Source: Myxococcota bacterium (GTDB lineage: Bacteria; Myxococcota_A; UBA796; UBA2385). From it: DNA of 64,000 nt. The translations under genes were made by a program, and so were the position numbers. The stretch lies in contig JBIJDH010000027.1 of NCBI GenBank assembly GCA_044344255.1, positions 1-64,000 on the forward strand, written 5' to 3'. The notes under the pieces are model-generated. The model searched no databases and was not told where the DNA came from. It saw nothing but the letters and a program-made list of their open reading frames with translations. Position 1 is the stretch's first letter. Each line of letters opens with the position of its first letter. Shown here piece after piece: positions 38,268-48,240 of this stretch.

Positions 38268-39546
38268 GATGCGCCTCATCGCCGTCGGAATCAGCCATCA
38301 CACCGCCCCGGTCGAGCTGCGAGAGAAGCTCGCCGTCGGGGCGGATCGTGTCCCCGAGCTGCTCACCCAGCTCCGGACCGACCAGCTCGGCACGGAGGCG
38401 GTGATCCTCTCCACCTGCAATCGGGTCGAGCTCTACGCCGTGCCCACCGGGGGCACCGGGCTCGATGAGCTCGCCGGATGGTTGGCCGAGCGAGGCGGCC
38501 TCCGCAGCCGGGTGGCGATCCCCCACATGTACCGCTTCGCCGAGCGGGACGCCCTCGAGCACCTCTTCCGGGTCACCTCCAGCCTCGACTCCCTCATCGT
38601 CGGTGAGCCGCAGATCATCGGCCAGGTCCGCGAGGCCTATCGGCTGAGCGTGACCCACCACTCGGCGGGTCCGATCCTGCGCCGGGTGATGGATCGAGCG
38701 TTGTCCGTGGCCAAGCGGGTCCGCAACGAGACGGACATCGGCAAGGAGGCGGTCTCGGTGGGGGCTGCGGGGGTGGAGCTGGCTCGCCAGGTCCTCGGGG
38801 ACCTCGATCAGGCCTCTGCGCTGCTGATCGGGGCCGGGGCCCACGGCAAGCTCGTCGCCCGCACAATGCTGAACCAGCGCCTGGGCGAGCTCATCGTCGC
38901 CAACCGCACCTTTGAGCGGGCGGTGGAGCTCGCCCGCTTGCTGGGGGCCAGCGCCACTCACCTCGATGACATCGGCCGGTACCTCGAGCGGGTGGACGTC
39001 GTGATGTCGAGCGCCGGCGGCGGGCGCGCGCTGATCACCGCGGAGATGCTCGCGCCGATCATGCGCCGCAGGCGATACCGCCCCCTCGTCCTCATCGATC
39101 TCTCGGTGCCGCGCACCATCGCCGCCGACGTCAACGACATCGAAGGCGTGTACCGCTTCGACGTAGACGACCTCACGCAGGTCGCCGAGACCGGCATTGA
39201 GAAGCGTCGGGTGGCGGCACAGAGCGCCCATCGCATCGTCACCGAGGAGGTGGACGGTTGCTGGCGCCTCCTCGTCGATCATCAGGCTCACGAGCGCATC
39301 GGCGGCGTCGTCCGAAAGGCGGAGGCCTTGCGCCGAGCCGAGCTGGAGCGCGCGCTCTCCAGCCTCCCGCCGCTCGACCCCGCCCAGCAGGCCGTCCTCG
39401 ACGCCATGACCCGGGCGATCGTCAAGAAGGTGCTCCACATCCCGCTCTCGAAGGCCCGCGCCCTCGCGGCCGGAGGCGAGCTCGAGCGCCTCGATGTCCT
39501 GTTGGCCCAGCTCGGAGAAGAAGGAGACGACAATGGCGCCCCCTGA
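38260..39546 (+). CDS. hemA: glutamyl-tRNA reductase
   Basis: HHTAPVELRE, STCNRVE, SLDSLIVGEPQIIGQV, IGAG and DLSVPR motifs. Confidence 0.96.
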   Translation: MTEMRLIAVGISHHTAPVELREKLAVGADRVPELLTQLRTDQLGTEAVILSTCNRVELYAVPTGGTGLDELAGWLAERGGLRSRVAIPHMYRFAERDALEHLFRVTSSLDSLIVGEPQIIGQVREAYRLSVTHHSAGPILRRVMDRALSVAKRVRNETDIGKEAVSVGAAGVELARQVLGDLDQASALLIGAGAHGKLVARTMLNQRLGELIVANRTFERAVELARLLGASATHLDDIGRYLERVDVVMSSAGGGRALITAEMLAPIMRRRRYRPLVLIDLSVPRTIAADVNDIEGVYRFDVDDLTQVAETGIEKRRVAAQSAHRIVTEEVDGCWRLLVDHQAHERIGGVVRKAEALRRAELERALSSLPPLDPAQQAVLDAMTRAIVKKVLHIPLSKARALAAGGELERLDVLLAQLGEEGDDNGAP

Positions 39547-40522
39547 GCGGACGGTTGAACAGTCCGTCGAACGATTGATCCTCGGGACCCGCGGCTCGAA
39601 GCTCGCGCTGACCCAGAGCGGGCAGGTGGCCGCCGAGATCACCCGACGCACCGGTGTGCCGGTCGAGCTCCGTGTCATCACGACCCGCGGAGATCGGATC
39701 CAAGACCGCCCGCTCCCCGAGGTGGGCGGGAAGGGTCTGTTCACGGCGGAGCTCGAGGCTGGCCTCCAGGACGGCAGCATCGATCTCGCGGTTCACTCCC
39801 TCAAGGACCTGCCCACCGAGAACCCGCCGGGGCTGTGTATCGCCGCCTTCCCTGAGCGCGCCGACCCGCGGGATGTCCTCATCGGCGGCCCGCTCGCCGC
39901 CCTGCCCCTTGGGGCCCGCGTGGGCACTGGCTCCCTCCGGCGAGAGCTGCAGCTGCGCGCCCTCCGCCCCGACGCGGCGATCGCTGGGATTCGCGGCAAC
40001 GTCGACACTCGCCTCGCCAAGAAGGACGATGGCAGCTACGACGCCGTCATCCTGGCCCTCGCCGGCCTCGGCCGACTCGGCATCGCTCGCCACGACCTCC
40101 ACCCCTTCTCCCTCGAGGAGATGGTGCCTGCGGTGGGCCAGGGTGTGCTCGCCGTGCAGGCTCGCGCCGATGATCCGACGGTGCTGGCGCTGCTCTCGCA
40201 GATCGACCACGCCCAGACTCGGCGCTGCGCCCTCGAAGAGCGCGCCTTCCTCGCCGCCTTCGGGGGGGGATGTCACGTGCCTGTAGCGGCGTACGCTTGG
40301 TTCGAGGGCGCCGGTCGCTTGCGTATGGTCGCCGTCGGCCCTGGCGCCGACGGGGCCCTGCAGAGGGTCACGCTCGACCAGGGGCTGGGCGAGTCCGAGA
40401 CGAGCGAGTCGGAGGTGGGTGAGTCGGAGGTCGGCGCCCTCGGCGCGGCGCTGGCCCGCAGGCTGCGCGCTCAGTCGCCAGCGCAGGCCTCATCGCAAGA
40501 GGCCGGCCAAGCTTCCGCGTAG
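39533..40522 (+). CDS. hemC: hydroxymethylbilane synthase
   Basis: GTRGSKLALTQ, GGKGLF, AVHSLKD, GTGSLRR, IRGNV and GGGC cofactor Cys. Confidence 0.95.
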   Translation: MAPPERTVEQSVERLILGTRGSKLALTQSGQVAAEITRRTGVPVELRVITTRGDRIQDRPLPEVGGKGLFTAELEAGLQDGSIDLAVHSLKDLPTENPPGLCIAAFPERADPRDVLIGGPLAALPLGARVGTGSLRRELQLRALRPDAAIAGIRGNVDTRLAKKDDGSYDAVILALAGLGRLGIARHDLHPFSLEEMVPAVGQGVLAVQARADDPTVLALLSQIDHAQTRRCALEERAFLAAFGGGCHVPVAAYAWFEGAGRLRMVAVGPGADGALQRVTLDQGLGESETSESEVGESEVGALGAALARRLRAQSPAQASSQEAGQASA

Positions 40523-40854
40523 AGGTCATCGCAAGACATCGCCTCGAGGTCTTGGATACACTGCTCCGCCTTCTCCTTGTCGTAGGCGTCGCAGTTGCCG
40601 CCGCCCTCATCCTTCTCCTCGACGACGGCGGCCTCACAGTCCTCCACCGTCTCGTAGACCTGTGAGACGCCGAGGATCTCGCAGTCCACGTATAGATCAC
40701 AGACCGCAGTGGCGTAGTCCGGCGCGAAGTCCTCCTGCTTGTACCCGCAGGCGACCAGCAGCCCGACGAGCAGCAGCCCCGGCTTCAGCCCAGGGGAAGG
40801 AGCAGGCCAGGATGAGCGTCGAGAGAGGGGGCGAACAGGGGCGGCGACGCGCAT
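40471..40854 (-). CDS. small Cys-rich acidic lipoprotein
   Basis: LLVAC lipobox followed by 8 further Cys in an acidic domain; GC3-rich on the minus strand. Confidence 0.7.
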   Translation of the reverse strand: MRVAAPVRPLSRRSSWPAPSPGLKPGLLLVGLLVACGYKQEDFAPDYATAVCDLYVDCEILGVSQVYETVEDCEAAVVEEKDEGGGNCDAYDKEKAEQCIQDLEAMSCDDLYAEAWPASCDEACAGD

Positions 40855-40933
40855 GGGGACCTCCGAGGTCGGTCGCTGTAGTCCGCAGCCCAGGCCCTCG
40901 CAAGCCGTGGGTGGCGTCGCCCGGGAGGCGAGG

Positions 40934-41698
40934 TTGACCCGGCGGCGCGTGCTCGTGACACGGGAGGAGGCCGAGCCGCTGGCGGGCTTTCTTCGCGCGC
41001 TCGACCTCGAGCCGCTTCACCTGCCGCTGTTCACCCTCGAGGCCACGGGCGCCCCACCGCCGACCGGCCGCCCCGGGCTCCTGCTCGTCAGCTCAGCCGC
41101 CGCCCTGCGCTTCCGGCCCGACCTCGCCGCGTACACCGCGGGGGCCCCGGCGGTCGCGGTCGGCGCGGCGACCGCCGAGGCGCTCCGGGCAGCGGGGATC
41201 GAGGTCCTCGCCGTCGGGCGCGCGGGCGGCGCCGAGGCCCTCCGCCTCCTCCCGGCCATCGCGGAGCGCGGCCCCGGGGCCTCGCGCTGGGCTGGAGCCT
41301 CGCTTTGGTACGTGGGCGCGGAGGAGCCTTCCGCCCCCCTCCGGGAGGCGCTCGCCGAGATCCCCCACGTTCACTGGTCGGTCTACCGGCAGCGCGGCGC
41401 CTCGCCCGCCGCGCTCCACACCCTCCGCCCCTTCGAGGCCGTCACGTTCGCCAGCCCCTCCGCGGTGGAGGCCTTCGCCGAAGATCCCCACCCCGCGGCG
41501 GTCATCACCATCGGTGAGACCACGGCTGCCGCCGCCCGAGCGCGAGGCTGGAGCGTCCACGCCATGGCAGAGGCCCCCTCCCTCCGCGCCCTCGCCGAGG
41601 CATCCGCCCGCCTCCTCCACCCCGCGGCAGGACACGCGGACGCCGAGGAGGCGCTGGACACGAGAGGCACGAAGGACGCCGACAGCCCACGTCGCTGA
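40934..41698 (+). CDS. hemD: uroporphyrinogen-III synthase
   Basis: RVLVTR, VSS, AVGAATAEAL, VYR, FASPSAV and IGETTA motifs. TTG start after GAGG is inferred. Confidence 0.85.
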   Translation: MTRRRVLVTREEAEPLAGFLRALDLEPLHLPLFTLEATGAPPPTGRPGLLLVSSAAALRFRPDLAAYTAGAPAVAVGAATAEALRAAGIEVLAVGRAGGAEALRLLPAIAERGPGASRWAGASLWYVGAEEPSAPLREALAEIPHVHWSVYRQRGASPAALHTLRPFEAVTFASPSAVEAFAEDPHPAAVITIGETTAAAARARGWSVHAMAEAPSLRALAEASARLLHPAAGHADAEEALDTRGTKDADSPRR

Positions 41699-41710
41699 AT
41701 AACAGACCCC

Positions 41711-42862
41711 TCAGCTGAACAGTCGCGCGAGGTCGCGGGCCATGTTCTTCTGGTGGCTCTCCAGCGTCCCACCGCCAATCTCGATGAGCTTGGCGTCTCG
41801 GAACAGTCGCTCCACCTTGTACTCGTCGCAGTATCCGTATCCACCGAGCACCTGCATCGCGGCGTCCGCGACCCACTTCGCGGTGGGGGCCGCGAAGAGC
41901 TTGGCGGCATCGGAGCCGATGCGGTTGCGCTTGTCCGGCCCGATGTCGTGCGCCACGCGGTACACGAGGCAGCGGGCCGCCTCCGTCCGCGCATAACTCT
42001 CCGAAATGTATCGCTGGATCTGCCCAAACTCGTGGAGCGGCTTCCCGAAGGCCTGCCGCTCTCCGGCATAGCGCACCATGATGTCGATGCAGCGATCGGC
42101 GATGCCGAGGCTGATCGCCGCCAAGGTGAGCCGCTCGATCTCCAGGTTTCGCATCATGTGGGTGACGCCCTGCCCTTCGGCGCCGAGCAGGTTGGTCACC
42201 GGGATGACGGCGTCCTCAAAGACGAGCTCGCTCATCGTGCTGGCCCGCATCCCCATCTTGTGCAGCACCTGGCCGGTGGAGAAGCCAGGCGCACCCTTCT
42301 CGATGAGGAACGCGGAGATCCGCCCGTTCGTCTTCGCATAGACCATCACCACGTCGGCCTCGGGGCCGTTGGTGATGAAGATCTTACGACCGTTCAAGAC
42401 GTAGGTGTCTCCGCGGCGCTCCGCGACGGTGGACATTCCCAACACATCCGTGCCGACCGACGGCTCGGTCATCGCCATCGCGCCGATCTTTTCACCGCTC
42501 AGGACGCCGGGGAGGATCCTCGACTTCTGCTCATCATTCGAACAATGGTAAAAATTGTTCACGAAGAGCATCGCGTGCGCGAGGTAGGCCAACGCGAAGC
42601 CGGGGTCAGACTTGGACAGCTCGTGGTGGACGATCACGGCGGCCACGGTGTCGAGGCCGGCGCCCCCCTCCTCCGCAGGGATGGTCACGCCGAGGACGCC
42701 GAGCTCCCCCAGCTTGCGGAAGAGCGGGACGTTGAGCACCCCGATGCGGTCCTGCGCGTCCGCCTGCGGCTCCACCTCATTCCGCGTGAAGTCAGCGACC
42801 AGCTCCCGGAGCATCCGGTGTTCATCGGTGGGGTGAAATAGCAGCTCGGGGATCGCGGTCAT
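41711..42862 (-). CDS. acyl-CoA dehydrogenase (isovaleryl-CoA dehydrogenase-like)
   Basis: AMAMTEPSVGTDV, LNGRKIFITNG, KMGMRAS, RQAFG, QVLGGYGY and RDAKLIEIGGGT motifs. Confidence 0.92.
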   Translation of the reverse strand: MTAIPELLFHPTDEHRMLRELVADFTRNEVEPQADAQDRIGVLNVPLFRKLGELGVLGVTIPAEEGGAGLDTVAAVIVHHELSKSDPGFALAYLAHAMLFVNNFYHCSNDEQKSRILPGVLSGEKIGAMAMTEPSVGTDVLGMSTVAERRGDTYVLNGRKIFITNGPEADVVMVYAKTNGRISAFLIEKGAPGFSTGQVLHKMGMRASTMSELVFEDAVIPVTNLLGAEGQGVTHMMRNLEIERLTLAAISLGIADRCIDIMVRYAGERQAFGKPLHEFGQIQRYISESYARTEAARCLVYRVAHDIGPDKRNRIGSDAAKLFAAPTAKWVADAAMQVLGGYGYCDEYKVERLFRDAKLIEIGGGTLESHQKNMARDLARLFS

Positions 42863-43093
42863 GAGCCCTCCGGCGGTCGGGACGTGGACCTAGCCGCGCG
42901 AGAGGGGCCCGTCCAGCCGCCAGCGCCGGGACGCCGTCGTGCGCCCGGGTTAACGCGACCAGTCCTCAATTCGGGCGCTCTCGGCGCCACATCCTGTCGC
43001 TACCGCCCCCCTCCATCAGCGACGCCCTCACCTCGCGGCCCTCGGCGGAGCGCCGCGCCCCCCGCACCCCGCTCACGCGCGCAGGGCCCCCGA

Positions 43094-45763
43094 ATGCCGA
43101 AGAAGCTGTTCCTGGTCGATGGCTCCAACCAAGCCTTCCGCGCCTACTTCGCCATCATGGGCGACATGCGCTCCGCCGACGGCTTCCCGACGAAGGCCCT
43201 CTTCGGCTTCGCCTCCATGATCCAGCGCATCAGTCGAGAGCTGAAGCCGGACTACCTGATCGTGGTCTTCGATCGCGGGCTCTCCTTCCGGAACGAGCTG
43301 TACCCCGACTACAAGGGGCAGCGCCCCGACATGCCCGAAGATCTGCGCCTTCAATGGCCAGAATTCGAGCCTTTCTGCGAAGAATGGGGTATCAAGGCCA
43401 GCTCCATCGTGGGCTTCGAGGCCGACGACATCATCGGCACCCTCGCGGTCCGCTACGCCAGCCCCGAGGTCCACGTCCGCATCGTGAGCAGCGACAAGGA
43501 CTTCTGTCAGCTCGTCAACGAGCACATCCACGTCCTCGATCTCGCGAAGGACGAGGTGCTCGACCCCGCGAAGGTGGTCGAGAAGTGGGGCGTGCCCGCC
43601 GACAAGATCATCGACCTCCTCTCCCTCATGGGCGACAGCTCCGACAACGTGCCCGGCGTCGCCGGGGTCGGCGAGAAGAAGGCGGCCAAGTTCATCCAGA
43701 CCTACGGCTCGGCGGAGGCGGTGCTCGACAACGCGTCGAAGATCGGGGGCAAGACCGGAGAGACCCTCGCGGCCTCCCGCGAGATCGTCGCCCTCGCGCG
43801 CCAGCTCGTGACCATCCACAAGGACGTCCCGCTCTCCTTCGGCCTCGAAGACCTCGCCCCCCGAAGGCCCGACTATCCCGCCCTCGAAGCGCGCTTGAAA
43901 CGATACAATTTCAAGCGCATGCTCACGGCTGTCCAAGCAGAGCTCGGCGCGGACGCGGTGGTCTCTGCGGGCCTCGATCGGTCGAAGTACCGGAGCATCA
44001 CCTCCCCGGAGGCCCTGGCCGAGCTCGTCTCCACCTTGAGGGCCGCGGGGCGCTTCGCCTACGACAGCGAGACCACCTCGCTCGATCCTCAGAAGGCCGA
44101 GATCGTCGGGATGAGCTTCTCGTGGAGCGCGGACTTCGGCGTCTACGTGCCGATCGGCCACCTCCCCGGCCCCAGCGGGGCCCCGCCGAACTGCCCCGGC
44201 GCCCTCGAGGCCCTCGCCCCGCTCCTCGCGGATCCCACCCTCAAGAAGACCGGTCAGAACCTAAAGTATGACCTCTCGGTCCTCAGGGCCCGTGGCCTCG
44301 AGCTCGCAGGGATCGACGGCGACACCATGATCGCCGACTACCTGCTCGACGTGGACCGCAAGCACGGCCTGGACGAGCTCGCCCTGCGCTACCTCGACCA
44401 CAAGATGATCGCCTTCAAGGACGTCACCGCCCTCTTCGACGGCGAGTTCTGCCGGGTGAGCGTCGACCGCGCCACGGAGTACGCGGCGGAGGACGCCCAC
44501 GTCGCCTGGCTGCTCGACGAGAAGCTCGTGCTCGGCCCGTTGGACACCCTCTACCGCACCATTGAGCTGCCGCTGATCCCCGTCCTCGCCGACATGGAGC
44601 TGAAGGGGATCCGGGTGGACGTGCCGGCGCTGCAGGCCCTCTCGAAGGAGCTCGAGGGGCGGCTGCAGATCGCGATCGAGGCGGTCTACGCCGAGGCAGG
44701 CGAGACCTTCAACCTCAACTCGACGCAGCAGCTCGCGGTCATCCTCTTCGAGAAGCGCGGCCTCGCCGCCGGGAAAAAGACGAAGACGGGCTACTCCACT
44801 GACGCCGACACCCTCGACAAGCTTGCCGCCGAGGGGGACAAGCTCTGCCAGCTCATGCTCGACTACCGGGAGCTCGCCAAGCTCAAGAGCACCTACGTCG
44901 ACGCCCTGCCGAAGACGGTCTCCACGCTCGATCAGCGCATCCACTCCTCCTTCCACCAGGCCGTGGCGGCCACGGGTCGCTTGAGCTCGAACGAGCCGAA
45001 CCTCCAGAACATCCCCATCCGGACCCCGGAGGGCCGCCGAATCAGAGCCTGCTTCATCCCCGATCCCGGCTACCGCTTCGTCTCCGCCGACTACTCCCAG
45101 ATCGAGCTCCGCGTCCTCGCCCACTTCTGCGGGGAGGGGCCGCTGGTGGAGGCCTTCAAGACCGGCCAGGACATCCACCGCCGCACCGCCGCCGAGATCT
45201 TCGGGGTCGCGCCGGCCCTCGTGAGCGCCGAGCAGAGGCGAGCCGCCAAGGCGATCAATTTCGGGATCGTCTACGGGATGAGCGCCTTCCGCCTCGGCAA
45301 TGACCTCCGCATCTCCCGCAAGGTCGCCCAGGAGTATATCGACGGCTACTTCGCTCGTTATCCGCAGGTGAAGGCCTACATGGAACGCGCGATCGAGCAG
45401 GCCAAGTCGCGGGGGTACGCCGAGACCCTCTTCGGGCGACGGCGGCCGGTGCGTGGCCTCGACGCCCGCAGCCCCGTCGATCGAGGAGCCGCCGAGCGGA
45501 TCGCCATCAACACCCCCGTGCAGGGCACCGCCGCCGACCTCATCAAGCTCGCGATGATCCGCGTCCACGAGCGCCTCCGCGCCGACTTCCCGCAGAGCCG
45601 CTTGTTGCTGCAGGTCCACGACGAGCTCGTGCTCGAGGTGCCGGAGGCCGACGTGTCGGCCGTACGCGAGGCGGTCGCCGCGGAGATGGCCGCGGTGGCC
45701 GAGCTCATCGTGCCCCTCGTCGCCGACACCGGCGTGGGAGACACCTGGGACGCCGCCCACTGA
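43094..45763 (+). CDS. polA: DNA polymerase I
   Basis: 5'-3' exo (LVDG, EADD, GDSSDN), 3'-5' exo (DSET) and polymerase (ADYSQIELR, KAINFG, LQVHDEL) motifs. Confidence 0.97.
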   Translation: MPKKLFLVDGSNQAFRAYFAIMGDMRSADGFPTKALFGFASMIQRISRELKPDYLIVVFDRGLSFRNELYPDYKGQRPDMPEDLRLQWPEFEPFCEEWGIKASSIVGFEADDIIGTLAVRYASPEVHVRIVSSDKDFCQLVNEHIHVLDLAKDEVLDPAKVVEKWGVPADKIIDLLSLMGDSSDNVPGVAGVGEKKAAKFIQTYGSAEAVLDNASKIGGKTGETLAASREIVALARQLVTIHKDVPLSFGLEDLAPRRPDYPALEARLKRYNFKRMLTAVQAELGADAVVSAGLDRSKYRSITSPEALAELVSTLRAAGRFAYDSETTSLDPQKAEIVGMSFSWSADFGVYVPIGHLPGPSGAPPNCPGALEALAPLLADPTLKKTGQNLKYDLSVLRARGLELAGIDGDTMIADYLLDVDRKHGLDELALRYLDHKMIAFKDVTALFDGEFCRVSVDRATEYAAEDAHVAWLLDEKLVLGPLDTLYRTIELPLIPVLADMELKGIRVDVPALQALSKELEGRLQIAIEAVYAEAGETFNLNSTQQLAVILFEKRGLAAGKKTKTGYSTDADTLDKLAAEGDKLCQLMLDYRELAKLKSTYVDALPKTVSTLDQRIHSSFHQAVAATGRLSSNEPNLQNIPIRTPEGRRIRACFIPDPGYRFVSADYSQIELRVLAHFCGEGPLVEAFKTGQDIHRRTAAEIFGVAPALVSAEQRRAAKAINFGIVYGMSAFRLGNDLRISRKVAQEYIDGYFARYPQVKAYMERAIEQAKSRGYAETLFGRRRPVRGLDARSPVDRGAAERIAINTPVQGTAADLIKLAMIRVHERLRADFPQSRLLLQVHDELVLEVPEADVSAVREAVAAEMAAVAELIVPLVADTGVGDTWDAAH

Positions 45764-45913
45764 GCTGGGGGCTGCAGGCCGAGCCCGGCTCTGTCCGACG
45801 CGCTCCAGCAGCCGCAGCCCACCCCTTCCGCGCTATGCTTGCCCTCCCCTCCCGGGAGGCACCCCGCAGGTGGTCCCCGCCTCGAAGGGCGGGCGGCCGC
45901 AGGAGTCTGGTTG

Positions 45914-46663
45914 ATGTCCTCGATCGTCGCGATGCTCCCCGCCTGGACCGGTCCTTGGGTCGACCTCTGGCCCGCGCTCGCCCTCCTCCCGCTCTTCGGC
46001 GCCGCTCAGCAGGACGACGACCCGCTCGATCTCGAGGGCGACCTCAAGGGCGAGCCCGGGGGCCCCGACGCGCCCGAGCCCGTCGGCGACTGGAAGCACG
46101 ATCCCGACCACGAGATCGTGCGGGCGGTCCTCGACGGCGACGCTGCGGCCTACCGCGGCCTCGTCGAGCGGTATCAGAATCGAATTTATGGCGTCTGTTT
46201 CGGCATGACCCGAAATCGAGAAGACGCGCGCGACATGGCGCAGGAGGCCTTCGTCAAGGCCTACCGCAACCTCAACCGGTTCCGCTTCGGCTCGAGCTTC
46301 TACACCTGGCTCTGCCGCATCGCGATGAACGTCTCGATCGACCACCTCCGCCGCATGCGCGTCCGCCGCACCGAGGCCCTCGAAGAGAACGACGACGGCG
46401 GAGACGGGGACGGCGTGATCCACGTCGCCCACCACCGCGGCGACCCCGGCAAGAACCTGGAGCGGAAGCGCCTGCACGGGCGCATCCTCGACGCCCTCGG
46501 CGAGCTGCCGGAGGAGCAGCGTCAGGCGGTGGTGCTCCGCGAGATGGAGGGCCTCTCTTATAAGGAAATTGCAGAGGTCATGGGCATCCCCGAGGGCACG
46601 GTGATGAGCCGCCTGTTCTACGCGAGGAAGAAGCTCCAGGCCGCGCTCGCTGAGGAGCGATGA
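45914..46663 (+). CDS. ECF sigma factor (RpoE-like) with N-terminal extension
   Basis: DARDMAQEAFVKAY, FYTWLCRIAMN and LREMEGLSYKEIAEVMGIPEGTVMSRL motifs. AGGAG RBS before ATG 45914. Confidence 0.92.
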   Translation: MSSIVAMLPAWTGPWVDLWPALALLPLFGAAQQDDDPLDLEGDLKGEPGGPDAPEPVGDWKHDPDHEIVRAVLDGDAAAYRGLVERYQNRIYGVCFGMTRNREDARDMAQEAFVKAYRNLNRFRFGSSFYTWLCRIAMNVSIDHLRRMRVRRTEALEENDDGGDGDGVIHVAHHRGDPGKNLERKRLHGRILDALGELPEEQRQAVVLREMEGLSYKEIAEVMGIPEGTVMSRLFYARKKLQAALAEER

Positions 46664-46764
46664 GAGATGGCGCCGATCCCCGCTCAGGTGTTGAATGAGC
46701 CCATTCGGACGGCGTCCGAGGATCGGGCGACCCCCTCGCCGCCCCCATCTCCCTTGAGCCCCGG

Positions 46765-47751
46765 GTGCTCCCCGTGACCCTCGACCCCACCGCGCTCCTG
46801 CGCACCCGCGCCGCCGATGGCCTCGCCTCCGCCGAAGAGCGCTCGCGGCTGCTCGACCTGGGCTACGACCCCGATGAGTGGGCCGCCGGCCGGGCCCTCA
46901 CCCGCACGCTCCTCCTCGCCGACGACAGCCCCGAGCTCGCCGACGACGTCCTGAAGGCGCTCGGCATCGAGGAGACACGCCCCTCCCTTCGGGAGCTCCT
47001 CCGCGCCCTCTCTCCGGAGGCCGAGGCGCCGGAGCTCGCCCCCGATGTGCTGCTCGCCCTCGGCGTACCCCCGCCCCCCGTCTCCGTCGCGCTCGCCCTC
47101 CGCCACGCCGCCGCGGGCGCCCCGGAGCTCGCCGACGACGTGCTGGTCGCGCTCGGCATCGCCGAAGCCGCCCTCCCCGTCGAGGCGGCGATCCGGGCCC
47201 GCGCCGGCGCCGCGCCGGATCTCACCCTCTCGATCTCGGCGGCGCTTGGCTTGGACAACCCCGGGGCCCTGGTCGCCCAGGCCCTCCGCGCCGAGCAGGG
47301 TGCCCCGCCCGCCCTCTGGGGGGCCGTCGCGCAGGGGCTCGGCCTTGAGGCCCCCTCGCAGGTGGTCACGGTCTCCGAGGCGGTCACCGCGCCCGCCGGC
47401 CCGCTCCGCCTGGTGCACTCCACCCGCGCTGTCGCCCCTCTCCCATCGCAGCCCGCGGGCCAACCCGCCCGCGCCGCCCGTCGGGAGGGGTGGTCCCTGC
47501 CGATGGCAGGTATGCTCGCCGCCGCGATGCTCCTCTTCTTCTTCACCGGCAACCCGCTGGTCCCCGTCGCGGAGGGCCCGGTCGCCTTCCACATCTCTGC
47601 GGTGAACGACGTGGACATCGAAGAGCTCTCCACGGGCTCAGGAACCGAGGTCGTCGTGCTCAAGTTTGACGCAGATGCGCCCACCATCATCTTCATCGAG
47701 ACCGCCGACGAGGGCAGCACCCCGTCTGACGAAGGAGGGGCCACGCTGTGA
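46765..47751 (+). CDS. putative membrane anti-sigma factor with internal repeats
   Basis: Follows the ECF sigma gene; RAADGLAS.EE N-terminus, five PEL..DV..ALG-like repeats, one TM, then a small periplasmic domain. Confidence 0.7.
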   Translation: MLPVTLDPTALLRTRAADGLASAEERSRLLDLGYDPDEWAAGRALTRTLLLADDSPELADDVLKALGIEETRPSLRELLRALSPEAEAPELAPDVLLALGVPPPPVSVALALRHAAAGAPELADDVLVALGIAEAALPVEAAIRARAGAAPDLTLSISAALGLDNPGALVAQALRAEQGAPPALWGAVAQGLGLEAPSQVVTVSEAVTAPAGPLRLVHSTRAVAPLPSQPAGQPARAARREGWSLPMAGMLAAAMLLFFFTGNPLVPVAEGPVAFHISAVNDVDIEELSTGSGTEVVVLKFDADAPTIIFIETADEGSTPSDEGGATL

Positions 47752-48224
47752 CCCACCACCTCTTCAAGCTCATGCTCGCCGCCCTCCTCCTCGGGGGCAT
47801 CGTCCACACGCCAGCCGCGCAGGCCGAGGAGCGCTCTGGCAGCACCGCCCGCGCAGGCAAGGTGAACCTCCAGGTGATGGTGATCTACGCCACCACCGCG
47901 CACAAGAAGGTCGACGCCAAGCTCTCGCAGGTGACGCGCTACCTCAATCACCTGAAGTACACCGGCTACGAGCTGCTCCAGAGCGAGAGCATGCAGATCG
48001 GCCTCAACGGGAGCGAGAGCTTCACATTGGCCAACGGCCAGCAGGCGAAGGTCACGGTCCTGTCCAAGGACGAAAAGCGGGTCAACGTCCGGATGGAGAT
48101 CACCAACGGCAAGTCCAAGGTGCTCGACACCACCCTCTCCGTGAACCGCGACGGCAGCTTCATCGTCGCCGGCCCTCGGTTCAAGGATGGCATCCTCGTG
48201 CTCCCGGTCACCGCCAAGTACTGA
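47748..48224 (+). CDS. secreted hypothetical protein of the ECF locus
   Basis: Signal peptide (…AQA); GTGA overlap with the anti-sigma gene; GGAGG RBS. Confidence 0.75.
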   Translation: MTHHLFKLMLAALLLGGIVHTPAAQAEERSGSTARAGKVNLQVMVIYATTAHKKVDAKLSQVTRYLNHLKYTGYELLQSESMQIGLNGSESFTLANGQQAKVTVLSKDEKRVNVRMEITNGKSKVLDTTLSVNRDGSFIVAGPRFKDGILVLPVTAKY

Positions 48225-48240
48225 GGGGGCCTGCGCTCGT

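Noticed and set aside
35598..38279. 893-aa minus-strand ORF
   Set aside because: It is antisense to the J-domain and ccsA genes and has no motifs. Long shadow ORFs are expected at this GC content.
46660..46764. ATG overlapping the sigma stop, in frame with the anti-sigma gene but interrupted by TGA at 46696 (read-through or selenocysteine?)
   Set aside because: RBS spacing is poor, no SECIS-like hairpin is evident and the upstream peptide has no recognisable motif. GTG starts at 46765 or 46774 explain the gene more simply.
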